NCBI GenBank assembly: GCA_036340235.1
Contig: JAYYZE010000010.1
Coordinates: forward strand, 8,196 to 72,195
DNA length: 64,000 nucleotides
DNA from: Bacteroidota bacterium
GTDB taxonomy: Bacteria > Bacteroidota > Bacteroidia > Flavobacteriales > UBA7312
Direction: 5' to 3'
The notes below the pieces were generated by a model. The model was not told where the DNA came from, did not search any database, and worked only from the letters and a program-made list of their open reading frames with translations. Both the position numbers and the translations under genes were made by a program. The first letter of the stretch is position 1; every line of letters begins with the position of its first letter. Shown piece after piece: positions 9,559 through 18,915 of this stretch.

Positions 9559-10280
9559 TGAAGGAAACGCGTATTAACAAATTCCTTAGCGAGGCAGGCT
9601 TTTGTTCAAGAAGGGCCGCCGACAAACTCATTGAACAGGGCAGGGTAACAATCAATGGTGAAATACCACAAATGGGTACCAAAATTACCCCTTCTGATAC
9701 CGTTCAAGTCGATGGAAAAACCATCAGAAAATCAACGGATACAGCAGTTTATCTAGCGCTCAACAAACCTAAAGGCGTCGTATGCACCACTGACACAAGG
9801 GTCGAAAAAAATAATATTATCGATTTTTTGGGCTATCACAAACGAATTTTTCCAATTGGTCGTTTGGACAAAGACAGCCAAGGCCTTATACTCTTAACCA
9901 ACGACGGCGATATCGTTAATAAAATCCTGAGGGCTCGCAATAATCATGAAAAAGAATACATTGTGACGGTTGATAAAGCTATTGATGATAGGTTTATTAA
10001 AAAAATGAGTCGAGGTGTACCTATTTTAGATACCATTACCCGACCATGTAAAGTTATGGCATTGGGTCAATCAAAATTTAAAATTATTTTAACTCAAGGT
10101 CTCAACCGACAAATTAGAAGAATGTGCGAATATTTAGGGTATCAAGTTCGTACACTAACACGTATTCGTATCATGAATATTCACCTGGATGTAAAATTAG
10201 GTGATTACAGAGAATTAACCCAATCAGAACTTCAAAAACTTAACAAGCTACTGGCCGACTCTTCTAAAACGTTTGAATAG
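9558..10280 (+). CDS. rluF: 23S rRNA pseudouridine synthase F
   Basis: S4 domain RINKFLSEAGFCSRR; IGRLDKDSQG; LTQGLNRQIRRMCE. Confidence 0.88.
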   Translation: MKETRINKFLSEAGFCSRRAADKLIEQGRVTINGEIPQMGTKITPSDTVQVDGKTIRKSTDTAVYLALNKPKGVVCTTDTRVEKNNIIDFLGYHKRIFPIGRLDKDSQGLILLTNDGDIVNKILRARNNHEKEYIVTVDKAIDDRFIKKMSRGVPILDTITRPCKVMALGQSKFKIILTQGLNRQIRRMCEYLGYQVRTLTRIRIMNIHLDVKLGDYRELTQSELQKLNKLLADSSKTFE

Positions 10281-10284
10281 TTAT

Positions 10285-11478
10285 TCAAATTTTACGTAGC
10301 TGTCGTAAAGGAATAACACTAGTCAGACTGCCTATTATCAAAACAATAAATAATACCAACACACAATCACTAGCTTTCAGAATGAGCGGGTAGCTTTCAA
10401 CAACAAATGATCCCTGACCCATCTTAATTAACCCAAATTGCATCTGAATCCAGGCTACTAACCCTCCCATAAATAAGCCAGTAACACCTCCTAAAATACT
10501 GGTGAGTAGCCCCTCTAAAAAGAAAATAGACCTTATGGTAAATAGATTTGCTCCCAGAAAGCTCAATAAGTTAATGTCATTTTGTTTTTCTATCATCAAC
10601 ATAGTCAATGAACCCACTACATTGAAAGTGGCAATGATTAATATGAAACTTAAAATTAGAAATACGGCTAATCGTTCGGAACTAAGAATTTTGTAAAGGA
10701 AATCATGTTGCTCAAATCGATTTTTTACAGTGTATTTAGCTCCTGCTATTTGCTGTAAGTCGCTTTGAATGATATCCATTTGCTCGTCCGCACACTGTAT
10801 CTCTATACAGGATGATAAGCCCTCTCGGTTCAGCACTTTTCTAACAAATGATATGGGTACAATAACATATTCTGCGTCGAAGTCTGACTGGATACTAAAC
10901 ACACCAACTGGCAAAATGGAACGTTGAATAAAAGATTCTTCGGCACGAAGTAGGTTGTTTTTTTCTCTGTCAGGAACATATACTTGTAATTGGTCAAACA
11001 CATTACCAATGGATAGTGATAAATAAAATGCCACGCCTTGACCGACAACAGCCGTATTTTCCGACTCATAACTATCAATGTAGTTACCTGAAACCAACAT
11101 ACTATCGACGGCATTCAAGAATTTAAAGTTGGAATCAACACCCTTTAGGGTTGCGATATACTCCTTATCTTGAAAACGCAATAGCACTTTTTCTTCCAAT
11201 ACCTCGGAATAAAGAATATCGTTTTCGTTTAAGTATGATTTTATGTCACTAAAATCGGCCGCCTTCCCTTCATTAACGTTGACTTTCAGTGGGGGATCAA
11301 AGGAGTTGTAAAGCGATAAAATAAGCGACTCGAAGCCATTAAAGACAGATAAAACTAAAACCAAGGCGGCCGTACCCACAGCAACGCCTATCAAAGAGGC
11401 CAAACTCACAAAATGAATCACATTTTTGGATTTTTTGGCCAGCAAGTATCGTTTGGCTATGTAAAAGGCAAACTTCAA
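10285..11478 (-). CDS. LolC/E-like (FtsX-family) ABC transporter permease
   Basis: YIAKRYLLAKK...GTAALVLVLSVFNGF N-terminus; 4-TM architecture with a large periplasmic loop. Confidence 0.88.
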   Translation of the reverse strand: MKFAFYIAKRYLLAKKSKNVIHFVSLASLIGVAVGTAALVLVLSVFNGFESLILSLYNSFDPPLKVNVNEGKAADFSDIKSYLNENDILYSEVLEEKVLLRFQDKEYIATLKGVDSNFKFLNAVDSMLVSGNYIDSYESENTAVVGQGVAFYLSLSIGNVFDQLQVYVPDREKNNLLRAEESFIQRSILPVGVFSIQSDFDAEYVIVPISFVRKVLNREGLSSCIEIQCADEQMDIIQSDLQQIAGAKYTVKNRFEQHDFLYKILSSERLAVFLILSFILIIATFNVVGSLTMLMIEKQNDINLLSFLGANLFTIRSIFFLEGLLTSILGGVTGLFMGGLVAWIQMQFGLIKMGQGSFVVESYPLILKASDCVLVLFIVLIIGSLTSVIPLRQLRKI

Positions 11479-11480
11479 AG

Positions 11481-11819
11481 CTACTCCTTTAATAATTGAT
11501 CAATAGTGTGGGAATAATCAACAGAATCATCAAGAAAGAATTTCAGCTCAGGTACTTTACGCATATGGTTGCGTATGCGTTCTCCCAACTTTTTACGAAT
11601 AAGTGCTGTGCGCTGATTCATTTTTGCAAGAAATTCGGCTTTGTCGCCAGTAGCAAAAACACTTACATACACACGAGCCACCGATAAATCGGCAGACACT
11701 CGGATCACAGTCACAGAAACCAATGATGTACCTATCAAATCACGTCCATTTAATTGAAAAATCTCTGACAAATCTTTTAACAGTTGCCTAGAAACTTTTC
11801 GCTGCCTAATACTTTCCAT
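11481..11819 (-). CDS. rbfA: 30S ribosome-binding factor A
   Basis: VSADLSVARVYVS and RKVPELKFFLDDS motifs. Confidence 0.95.
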   Translation of the reverse strand: MESIRQRKVSRQLLKDLSEIFQLNGRDLIGTSLVSVTVIRVSADLSVARVYVSVFATGDKAEFLAKMNQRTALIRKKLGERIRNHMRKVPELKFFLDDSVDYSHTIDQLLKE

Positions 11820-11875
11820 AGAACAAAGATAAATTTTTAGAATCTTAAAAAGCGCTTTTTGAATACATTTGCACT

Positions 11876-13696
11876 ATGAGGGACTTTTTTAGAATTCTGT
11901 ACTTTGTAAAACCTTATTGGATGTATGCCGTCTTAAATATCGTTTTTAACGTCCTTACTGTTTTGTTTTCGTTGGTGTCTATCTCTATGACTATTCCTTT
12001 TCTAGGGCTGTTGTTTGGCACACAAGAAAAGGTCTATCAAGCCCCACCCTTGGCTCTAAACACCACTTCAATAATTGATAATTTTTACTATCAAATTACT
12101 AAAATTATAGACAGCCACGGGACAATACAAGCCCTTTTATTCATCTGTGTACTAGTACTTATCTTATTCTTTTTCAGAAATTTGTTCCGTTACTTGGCAC
12201 TTTACAATTTGACCCCCATTCGCAATGGGGTAGTTCGGGATTTACGTAATGCTTTACACAAAAAATCCTTATCACTTCCACTTGGGTTTTATACCGAAAA
12301 ACGAAAAGGAGATATCGTTGCTAGAATGACGACCGATCTTGTCGAAATAGAGTGGTCTATCATGAGCTCTTTAGAAATGATTTTCAAAGACCCACTAAAC
12401 ATTATTATTTTTCTAGTCACATTAGTTTTCATCAGCCCCCAACTTACGCTTTTCGTTATTGTTCTATTTCCTTTGGCCGGCTTTATCATCGCTAGAATAG
12501 GTAAAAGTTTGAAAAAATCATCTGATCAGGGGCAAGAAAAAATGGCCGAACTGCTATCCAACATAGACGAAAACATTGGCGCCCTTCGAATCATCAAAGG
12601 ATTTAATTCGGAAAATACCATTCACAAAAAATTTGAAAAGAACAACGACGGCTATCGCCATATTATGACCAAACTACTTAGAAAAAAAGATCTATCGTCT
12701 CCCATGAGCGAATTGTTAAGCACTATGGTCTTAGTCTGTGTGATGTGGTTTGGTGGACAACTAGTACTTGGCCAAGAAAATAGTCTTTCCCCAGAATCAT
12801 TCATCGGCTACATTGCCATTTTCTCTCAAATCATTCCACCAGCAAAATCATTTACTACAGCCTTCTACCATCTACAAAAAGGAAGCGCTTCGGCTAAAAG
12901 AGTGCTCTCTATATTAGAGATTGACAACCCCATCAAAGACCCCATTGAAGCACCTCAAAATACTTCCTTCAACAAAGACATTCAATTTCAGGAGGTGTGC
13001 TTTAAATACGATACCCAAGACGTTATTCAAAACATATCGTTTGTCATAAAAAAAGGACAAAGCATAGCTCTAGTAGGCGAGTCAGGCAGTGGGAAATCCA
13101 CCATTACCGATTTGTTAGCCCGTTTTTACGATATCGACTCTGGCGAAATTCTAATTGATGGACATTCCATTAAAAGCTACAAAATTGCCGATTTGAGACA
13201 ATTGATGGGCATCGTTTCACAAGATTCTATTTTGTTTAATGACAGTGTGTTCAACAACATTTGTATGGGCCATCAGCAGGCCAGCATGCAGGACGTAATG
13301 GCGGCTGCCAAGGTCGCTAATGCTCACGAATTTATAATGAAAATGCCCAATGGCTACAACAGCAAGGTAGGCGACAATGGAGTAAAGCTTTCGGGTGGTC
13401 AAAAACAACGCATTAGCATTGCTCGAGCGATATTCAAAAATCCGCCTATTCTGATTTTAGACGAAGCAACTTCATCATTAGACACGGCTTCAGAAAAATT
13501 AGTACAAGAAGCGTTATTTAATCTGATGAAAAATAGAACTTCACTAGTCATCGCCCATAGACTGTCAACCATACAAAATGCCGACCACATCATTGTCATA
13601 AAAAAAGGGCAAATAATAGAAGAAGGAAAGCACAAAGAACTACTAAAACAAAATGGTATTTATAAGAAACTTATTGAATACCAGAACATGACGTAA
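11876..13696 (+). CDS. MsbA-like ABC exporter (TMD + NBD)
   Basis: Walker A GESGSGKS, LSGGQKQR, ILILDEATSSLD, IAHRLST; N-terminal TM domain. Confidence 0.93.
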   Translation: MRDFFRILYFVKPYWMYAVLNIVFNVLTVLFSLVSISMTIPFLGLLFGTQEKVYQAPPLALNTTSIIDNFYYQITKIIDSHGTIQALLFICVLVLILFFFRNLFRYLALYNLTPIRNGVVRDLRNALHKKSLSLPLGFYTEKRKGDIVARMTTDLVEIEWSIMSSLEMIFKDPLNIIIFLVTLVFISPQLTLFVIVLFPLAGFIIARIGKSLKKSSDQGQEKMAELLSNIDENIGALRIIKGFNSENTIHKKFEKNNDGYRHIMTKLLRKKDLSSPMSELLSTMVLVCVMWFGGQLVLGQENSLSPESFIGYIAIFSQIIPPAKSFTTAFYHLQKGSASAKRVLSILEIDNPIKDPIEAPQNTSFNKDIQFQEVCFKYDTQDVIQNISFVIKKGQSIALVGESGSGKSTITDLLARFYDIDSGEILIDGHSIKSYKIADLRQLMGIVSQDSILFNDSVFNNICMGHQQASMQDVMAAAKVANAHEFIMKMPNGYNSKVGDNGVKLSGGQKQRISIARAIFKNPPILILDEATSSLDTASEKLVQEALFNLMKNRTSLVIAHRLSTIQNADHIIVIKKGQIIEEGKHKELLKQNGIYKKLIEYQNMT

Positions 13697-13745
13697 ACTA
13701 ATATTTTCTTGCTATATTTGAAGTCAACGAAAAAAATTACTCCAC

Positions 13746-15989
13746 ATGATTCGATTTTTGTTTTTATTCTCCATCTCTTGTCTAATTGCCAAAGCTGATT
13801 CAGGTGACACCACCTTTGTTCAGGTTCACAACAACGTTGACATGGTGTGGTATGAGCACTATAAAGAATGGGGTGAATTCCCAACTGGTGAACTTTCTTA
13901 TCGTAAGGTTCTCATGCATTTTACTATGGGCTGCGCCTCTTCTGGCTGTAGTGGATGGGATTATGATGTACATATTTTATTAAGAAATCGAACTGGAAAA
14001 ATAGATTCTAACTTAATTTTGGCTCCTTCATTCAAACTAAATAATGAAATTGTCGATAGTGCTTCAATAAGTGTCTTGCCAACCTACACCAATGTATGGG
14101 ATAGCATCAATGGAACAAGCACACAGACAGCAAACGACACATTGATACTTCTATTATTCGAAGACGCTGACAACCCTTTACAAGCAACGGATACCCAATT
14201 AGTGTTTGCCGCCAACTACTACAACCCAATTTTTGATGCTCAAGGAACAGTAATCGACTCCACATTAGTTGGTGCTGACACCACCCTCTTTTTAGGTACA
14301 ACCGACGTTTATGTGCCTTTTGAAGTTATTGAAGATTTTGAGTTGGGAAGAGCCATAACGCCCTATGGAACATATATGAATCCATCGAATAATGGCTATG
14401 GCACAAATGGTTACAACCAAAATTGGAAGCACGTCTTTACCTACGATGTAACCGACTTTCAGCACCTCTTGAAAGACTCGGTAGAAATCGACGCCTTCTA
14501 CTCTGGTTGGAGTAGTGGGTTTAGTGTAACTCTCGATTTTGAATTCATTGAGGGTACCCCACCTAGAAATCCAATTAGACTAACTAATGTTTACAAAAAC
14601 GGCGCTGCGGGCTATAATTACACAAGTTCCAACGACTTTGAGTCTAATCAAATGCCAGAGGTTAAAGTGCCCATACATGCCAATGCCGAAGAGTTTAAAT
14701 TACAATTCGTACCCTCAGGACATGGTCAAGCTGGTGAATTTACCCCAAATATTAGCTACACGGTCAAAGTCAATGGCAATTTAGTAGGTGGAAACCCCAT
14801 TTGGAAAGACGACTGCGGCTTCAATGCCATCTGGCCTCAAGGAGGAACGTGGATATTTAATCGTGCTAATTGGTGTCCTGGTGAGGCAGTACCTATTTTT
14901 AATCACGAAGTTACCCCCTATATCGATGGCCAAGACTCCGCAAGAATTGATATTAATTTTAGTGCTTTCAACCCCAATGGTGATGCTTCTTACTCATGTG
15001 CAGTTCAACTGTTTCAGTATAAGGAACCCAACTTCAATTTAGATGCAGAAATAATAGACATCCTGTCGCCATCTACTAAAGACGTCTATTCACGATTTAA
15101 TCCAGTTTGCGACAAGCCAACAATTAAAATTAGAAACTCTGGCTCTGAACTCCTCACCTCTTTAGACATAGAGTATGGCATAGAAGGAGGTAACATGCAA
15201 ATATACCAATGGACTGGAAATCTAGAATTTATGCAAGAGGAGGAAATCACCTTAAACCAACTTATTCAGCACACTACAAATCCCACTTTTGTGGTGACAC
15301 TTTCCAACCCTAATGGTGAAAATGATGAACATCCCGACAATGACTCTATGCGATCATCTTTCGAGAATGTACCCACTTACAAATCCTCGTTTATTATTCG
15401 CTTGCAAACCAACAACAAGGGTAATCACAATTCTTGGAAACTTACAAATAACTGGGGAGGTGAAGTATACTCTAGAAATAATCTTTCTAGTAACACATAT
15501 TACGCTGATACTGTTACTCTAGCTAACGGTTGCTACACTTTCGAACTATATGATACTGGTGGCGATGGATTGGATTTTTGGTATTGGAACCAATACGATG
15601 GGAATTCCGATGGAGATGGATATATTAACTTTATGTATTACGACACTCTGAATGTATTCAAAAGTTTTCATAAGGATTTTGGCTCAGGCATTTATCACGC
15701 CTTCAGAGTAACTAATGGCGTTGATATTGACACCCACACAATAGGCAAGTTTGATGTGTACCCGACAATGAATAAGGGAGAAATAACGATAAAATCACAT
15801 GATATTTCACATGACCCATATACTATTTCTCTATACGCCGCCAATGGCCAAAAATTAATGCATAAAAAATGGGACAATCATACTGACTCTTACAAACTGG
15901 ATATTTCGTCCTTTTCCGATGGGATGTATATTCTAAAACTACAAAACAGAAACAGCATTTTCACTGAAAAAATAATGTTATCACACTAG
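13746..15989 (+). CDS. Peptide-N-glycosidase F-related secreted protein with T9SS type A C-terminal domain
   Basis: Signal peptide; CSGWDY, ELGRAITPYG, SGHG and QGGTWIFNRANWCPG motifs; Ig-like domain; GCYTFELYDTGGDG; CTD VYPT...GMYILKL...KIML. Confidence 0.8.
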   Translation: MIRFLFLFSISCLIAKADSGDTTFVQVHNNVDMVWYEHYKEWGEFPTGELSYRKVLMHFTMGCASSGCSGWDYDVHILLRNRTGKIDSNLILAPSFKLNNEIVDSASISVLPTYTNVWDSINGTSTQTANDTLILLLFEDADNPLQATDTQLVFAANYYNPIFDAQGTVIDSTLVGADTTLFLGTTDVYVPFEVIEDFELGRAITPYGTYMNPSNNGYGTNGYNQNWKHVFTYDVTDFQHLLKDSVEIDAFYSGWSSGFSVTLDFEFIEGTPPRNPIRLTNVYKNGAAGYNYTSSNDFESNQMPEVKVPIHANAEEFKLQFVPSGHGQAGEFTPNISYTVKVNGNLVGGNPIWKDDCGFNAIWPQGGTWIFNRANWCPGEAVPIFNHEVTPYIDGQDSARIDINFSAFNPNGDASYSCAVQLFQYKEPNFNLDAEIIDILSPSTKDVYSRFNPVCDKPTIKIRNSGSELLTSLDIEYGIEGGNMQIYQWTGNLEFMQEEEITLNQLIQHTTNPTFVVTLSNPNGENDEHPDNDSMRSSFENVPTYKSSFIIRLQTNNKGNHNSWKLTNNWGGEVYSRNNLSSNTYYADTVTLANGCYTFELYDTGGDGLDFWYWNQYDGNSDGDGYINFMYYDTLNVFKSFHKDFGSGIYHAFRVTNGVDIDTHTIGKFDVYPTMNKGEITIKSHDISHDPYTISLYAANGQKLMHKKWDNHTDSYKLDISSFSDGMYILKLQNRNSIFTEKIMLSH

Positions 15990-16028
15990 CATAGCCATAG
16001 TTTAAGCTCTTTTTATACTTTTGTAGGG

Positions 16029-17978
16029 ATGACAAATCCTGTTTATTGTAATAGCTTAACAAAGTTCTCTCGTTTTAAAAGCCGCCAAGTAATGGTAGGG
16101 TCTGTAGGTGTTGGAGGTAACAACCCTATTCGCATACAATCCATGACTACCACAGACACTATGGATACCATAGCCACAGTAGAGCAAAGTATCCGAATGA
16201 TAGAGGCTGGCTGTGAAATTGTACGTATAACCGCCCCCAGCAGAAAAGAAGCCGAAAACCTTCAAAATATCAAAGACGAGTTAAGAGCACGGGGATACAG
16301 TACCCCTTTAGTTGCCGATATTCATTTTACACCTAATGCGGCTGAAATTGCCGCACGCATTGTTGAAAAGGTAAGGGTGAACCCTGGTAACTATGCCGAC
16401 AAAAAAAAGTTCGAAGAGATAGAATATACCGATGAAAGCTACCAACAAGAACTGCAACGAATAAAAGAGCGCTTTGTACCTCTTGTGAAAATTTGTAAAG
16501 AGGCAGGTACCGCCATGCGCATTGGCACAAATCATGGTTCATTATCGGATCGAATATTAAGTCGCTATGGCGATACTCCCATAGGCATGGTCGAATCGGC
16601 TCTTGAGTTTTTACGCATCTGCCGTGAAGAGGACTATCAAGATATTATTCTCTCTATGAAAGCCAGTAATACGCAGATAATGGTACAGGCCTATCGATTA
16701 CTCATTTCTAAAATGATGGAAGAAGGTATGAATTACCCCCTACACCTGGGCGTTACAGAAGCCGGGGAGGGCGAAGATGGACGCATCAAGTCAGCAGTGG
16801 GAATAGGTGCTTTACTTGAAGACGGTATTGGCGATACGATACGTGTATCGTTGACCGAGGAGCCGGAATTTGAAATTCCTGTAGCAAAAGAACTGGTGAA
16901 TCGTTACAAAGACAGAGAAAAACATCAAGCAATACTTCCCATTACACACAACCCTATCGACTGCTTCAACTACAAAAAAAGACAAAGTAAAGAGGTGGTA
17001 AATATTGGCAACAAACATGTTCCAATAGTGATGGCTGATTTTTCACTTAAACAAAGCATCACTCCTGCCTCGTTTTTTGCTTTGGGCTACCGTTATTCTG
17101 TGCCCACCGACAAATGGAATATTGGAGATATGGCTTGTGACTATGTGTTTTTGGGTCAACAAGTCATAGACTTTCACATTCCAGGGACCCTTGGTATTGT
17201 TTATCACTACGACTCTTGGCTAGAACAACGTCACAGAGAACGAACCTACCCCTTTATCAATGCCTCGCAGTACCTTGAACATACCGATCTATCCAACACA
17301 ATGAACGTGGTGTACGTGTGTTTGCCAGACCTACAGAAACCCTTGATTGAAAAGCTTAAAAACGATCCCACGGCCGTTATACTCATCGACAGTTGGAATG
17401 CCCATGGCATGGCCGAACAGCGCCGTTTGTTTATGGAACTAATCAACCACGATTGTCAGGTACCAGTTATTATTGGCCGTGCTTACGGCAACCTCAGCGA
17501 AGAACAATTGCAACTCCACACCGCCACCGATATGGGAGCTCTTCTTCTTGACGGTCTGGGTGATGGTGTGTTTATCGCCGCCGAAAACTGTGGTTCCGAT
17601 CAAATGATTAATCAAACAGCCTTTGGCATACTACAAGCCACCCGAACACGAATTTCTAAGACTGAATATATCTCCTGTCCCTCCTGCGGACGAACCCTCT
17701 TTGACCTTCAAGAAACCACCGCTAAAATACGCGCCAAAACCAACCACCTAAAAGGTGTCAAAATTGGTATCATGGGGTGCATCGTTAACGGACCGGGCGA
17801 GATGGCCGATGCCGACTACGGTTACGTTGGTACAGGCATTGGAAAAGTAACCCTTTACAAAGAGAAAGAAGTAGTGCAACGAAACATTCCCGAAGATAAG
17901 GCTGTAGATGCCCTGATCGACCTTATTAAATCACATGGCGATTGGGTGAAACCCACAATCAACCCCACAAAGGCGTAG
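16029..17978 (+). CDS. ispG: HMBPP synthase IspG (long three-domain form)
   Basis: IRIQSMT, PLVADIHF, RIGTNHGSL, HLGVTEAG, ISCPSCGR and IMGCIVNGPGE motifs. Confidence 0.97.
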   Translation: MTNPVYCNSLTKFSRFKSRQVMVGSVGVGGNNPIRIQSMTTTDTMDTIATVEQSIRMIEAGCEIVRITAPSRKEAENLQNIKDELRARGYSTPLVADIHFTPNAAEIAARIVEKVRVNPGNYADKKKFEEIEYTDESYQQELQRIKERFVPLVKICKEAGTAMRIGTNHGSLSDRILSRYGDTPIGMVESALEFLRICREEDYQDIILSMKASNTQIMVQAYRLLISKMMEEGMNYPLHLGVTEAGEGEDGRIKSAVGIGALLEDGIGDTIRVSLTEEPEFEIPVAKELVNRYKDREKHQAILPITHNPIDCFNYKKRQSKEVVNIGNKHVPIVMADFSLKQSITPASFFALGYRYSVPTDKWNIGDMACDYVFLGQQVIDFHIPGTLGIVYHYDSWLEQRHRERTYPFINASQYLEHTDLSNTMNVVYVCLPDLQKPLIEKLKNDPTAVILIDSWNAHGMAEQRRLFMELINHDCQVPVIIGRAYGNLSEEQLQLHTATDMGALLLDGLGDGVFIAAENCGSDQMINQTAFGILQATRTRISKTEYISCPSCGRTLFDLQETTAKIRAKTNHLKGVKIGIMGCIVNGPGEMADADYGYVGTGIGKVTLYKEKEVVQRNIPEDKAVDALIDLIKSHGDWVKPTINPTKA

Positions 17979-18858
17979 GATATACACCTTTTTCAATCTG
18001 CTCTGCGATAGCCGCCATGGCCATGGGCTTATCTTCTTGGTAGGTCACCCCAAACCAAGTATCTGTAGTTGTAATAACCTTAACGGCCATACGTCCATCG
18101 TTAATTAAATCGGTAACAATAGTTGGAATGTAGTACTCGGCCTTTGGGTCCTGAGAATTCTCTAGCATAAAAGCATGTAATCCTCTTTCAATTTGTTCAA
18201 AAATAGACGGATGAAATCCCCAATAGTTCATAGATACACTGGCTTGCGGATTCAATTCACCGCCCTGTGTGTCTTCACCAATACCGTACATTAGTCGGCC
18301 ATTGACTTTGGCTATCTTAGTTCGTTCCACGACTTCTATAAGTTCGTTATCGGCATTGACTTCACATACACCGCGATTGACTGTACCGTGCTCCGAGAGG
18401 GTGTTTTCTAAAACATATCCCATCATAGACATTAGCGTTGGCGAACATTCTTTGTTCAAGAAATCGGTCATTATTTTGAAGGAGTTAGCCCCGTAATAGT
18501 CATCGGCATTAATCACCGCAAAAGGCTCGTTGATGACGTCCTTGGCAACCAAAACGGCATGAGAAGTACCCCATGGCTTTTGTCGTTCTATCAAATCTAC
18601 TCCATCTATATTCACTTGCACTGGTTGATAAGCATAGGCAATATCTATCATCTGTTCAAATTTGGAAAAACGCTGACGAAAGGCCTCATCAAATTCTCTT
18701 CTTATTACAAACACTATTTTTCCAAATCCAGATTGAATGGCATCGTAAATAGAATACTCGATTATGGGTTCATTGTTCGGGCCAATGCCATCTATTTGCT
18801 TAAGTCCACCGTAGCGACTTCCCATGCCAGCGGCTAAAATTAAAAGAGTGGGTTTCAT
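17959..18858 (-). CDS. Sugar-phosphate nucleotidyltransferase
   Basis: MKPTLLILAAGMGSRYGGLKQ, KPWGT and INADDYYG motifs. Start moved to ATG 18858. Confidence 0.88.
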   Translation of the reverse strand: MKPTLLILAAGMGSRYGGLKQIDGIGPNNEPIIEYSIYDAIQSGFGKIVFVIRREFDEAFRQRFSKFEQMIDIAYAYQPVQVNIDGVDLIERQKPWGTSHAVLVAKDVINEPFAVINADDYYGANSFKIMTDFLNKECSPTLMSMMGYVLENTLSEHGTVNRGVCEVNADNELIEVVERTKIAKVNGRLMYGIGEDTQGGELNPQASVSMNYWGFHPSIFEQIERGLHAFMLENSQDPKAEYYIPTIVTDLINDGRMAVKVITTTDTWFGVTYQEDKPMAMAAIAEQIEKGVYPTPLWG

Positions 18859-18915
18859 ATAGAAATAATTTAGAGAGCAAAAATAAAGAAAGGGATGCAA
18901 AAATAGAGAAATCGC

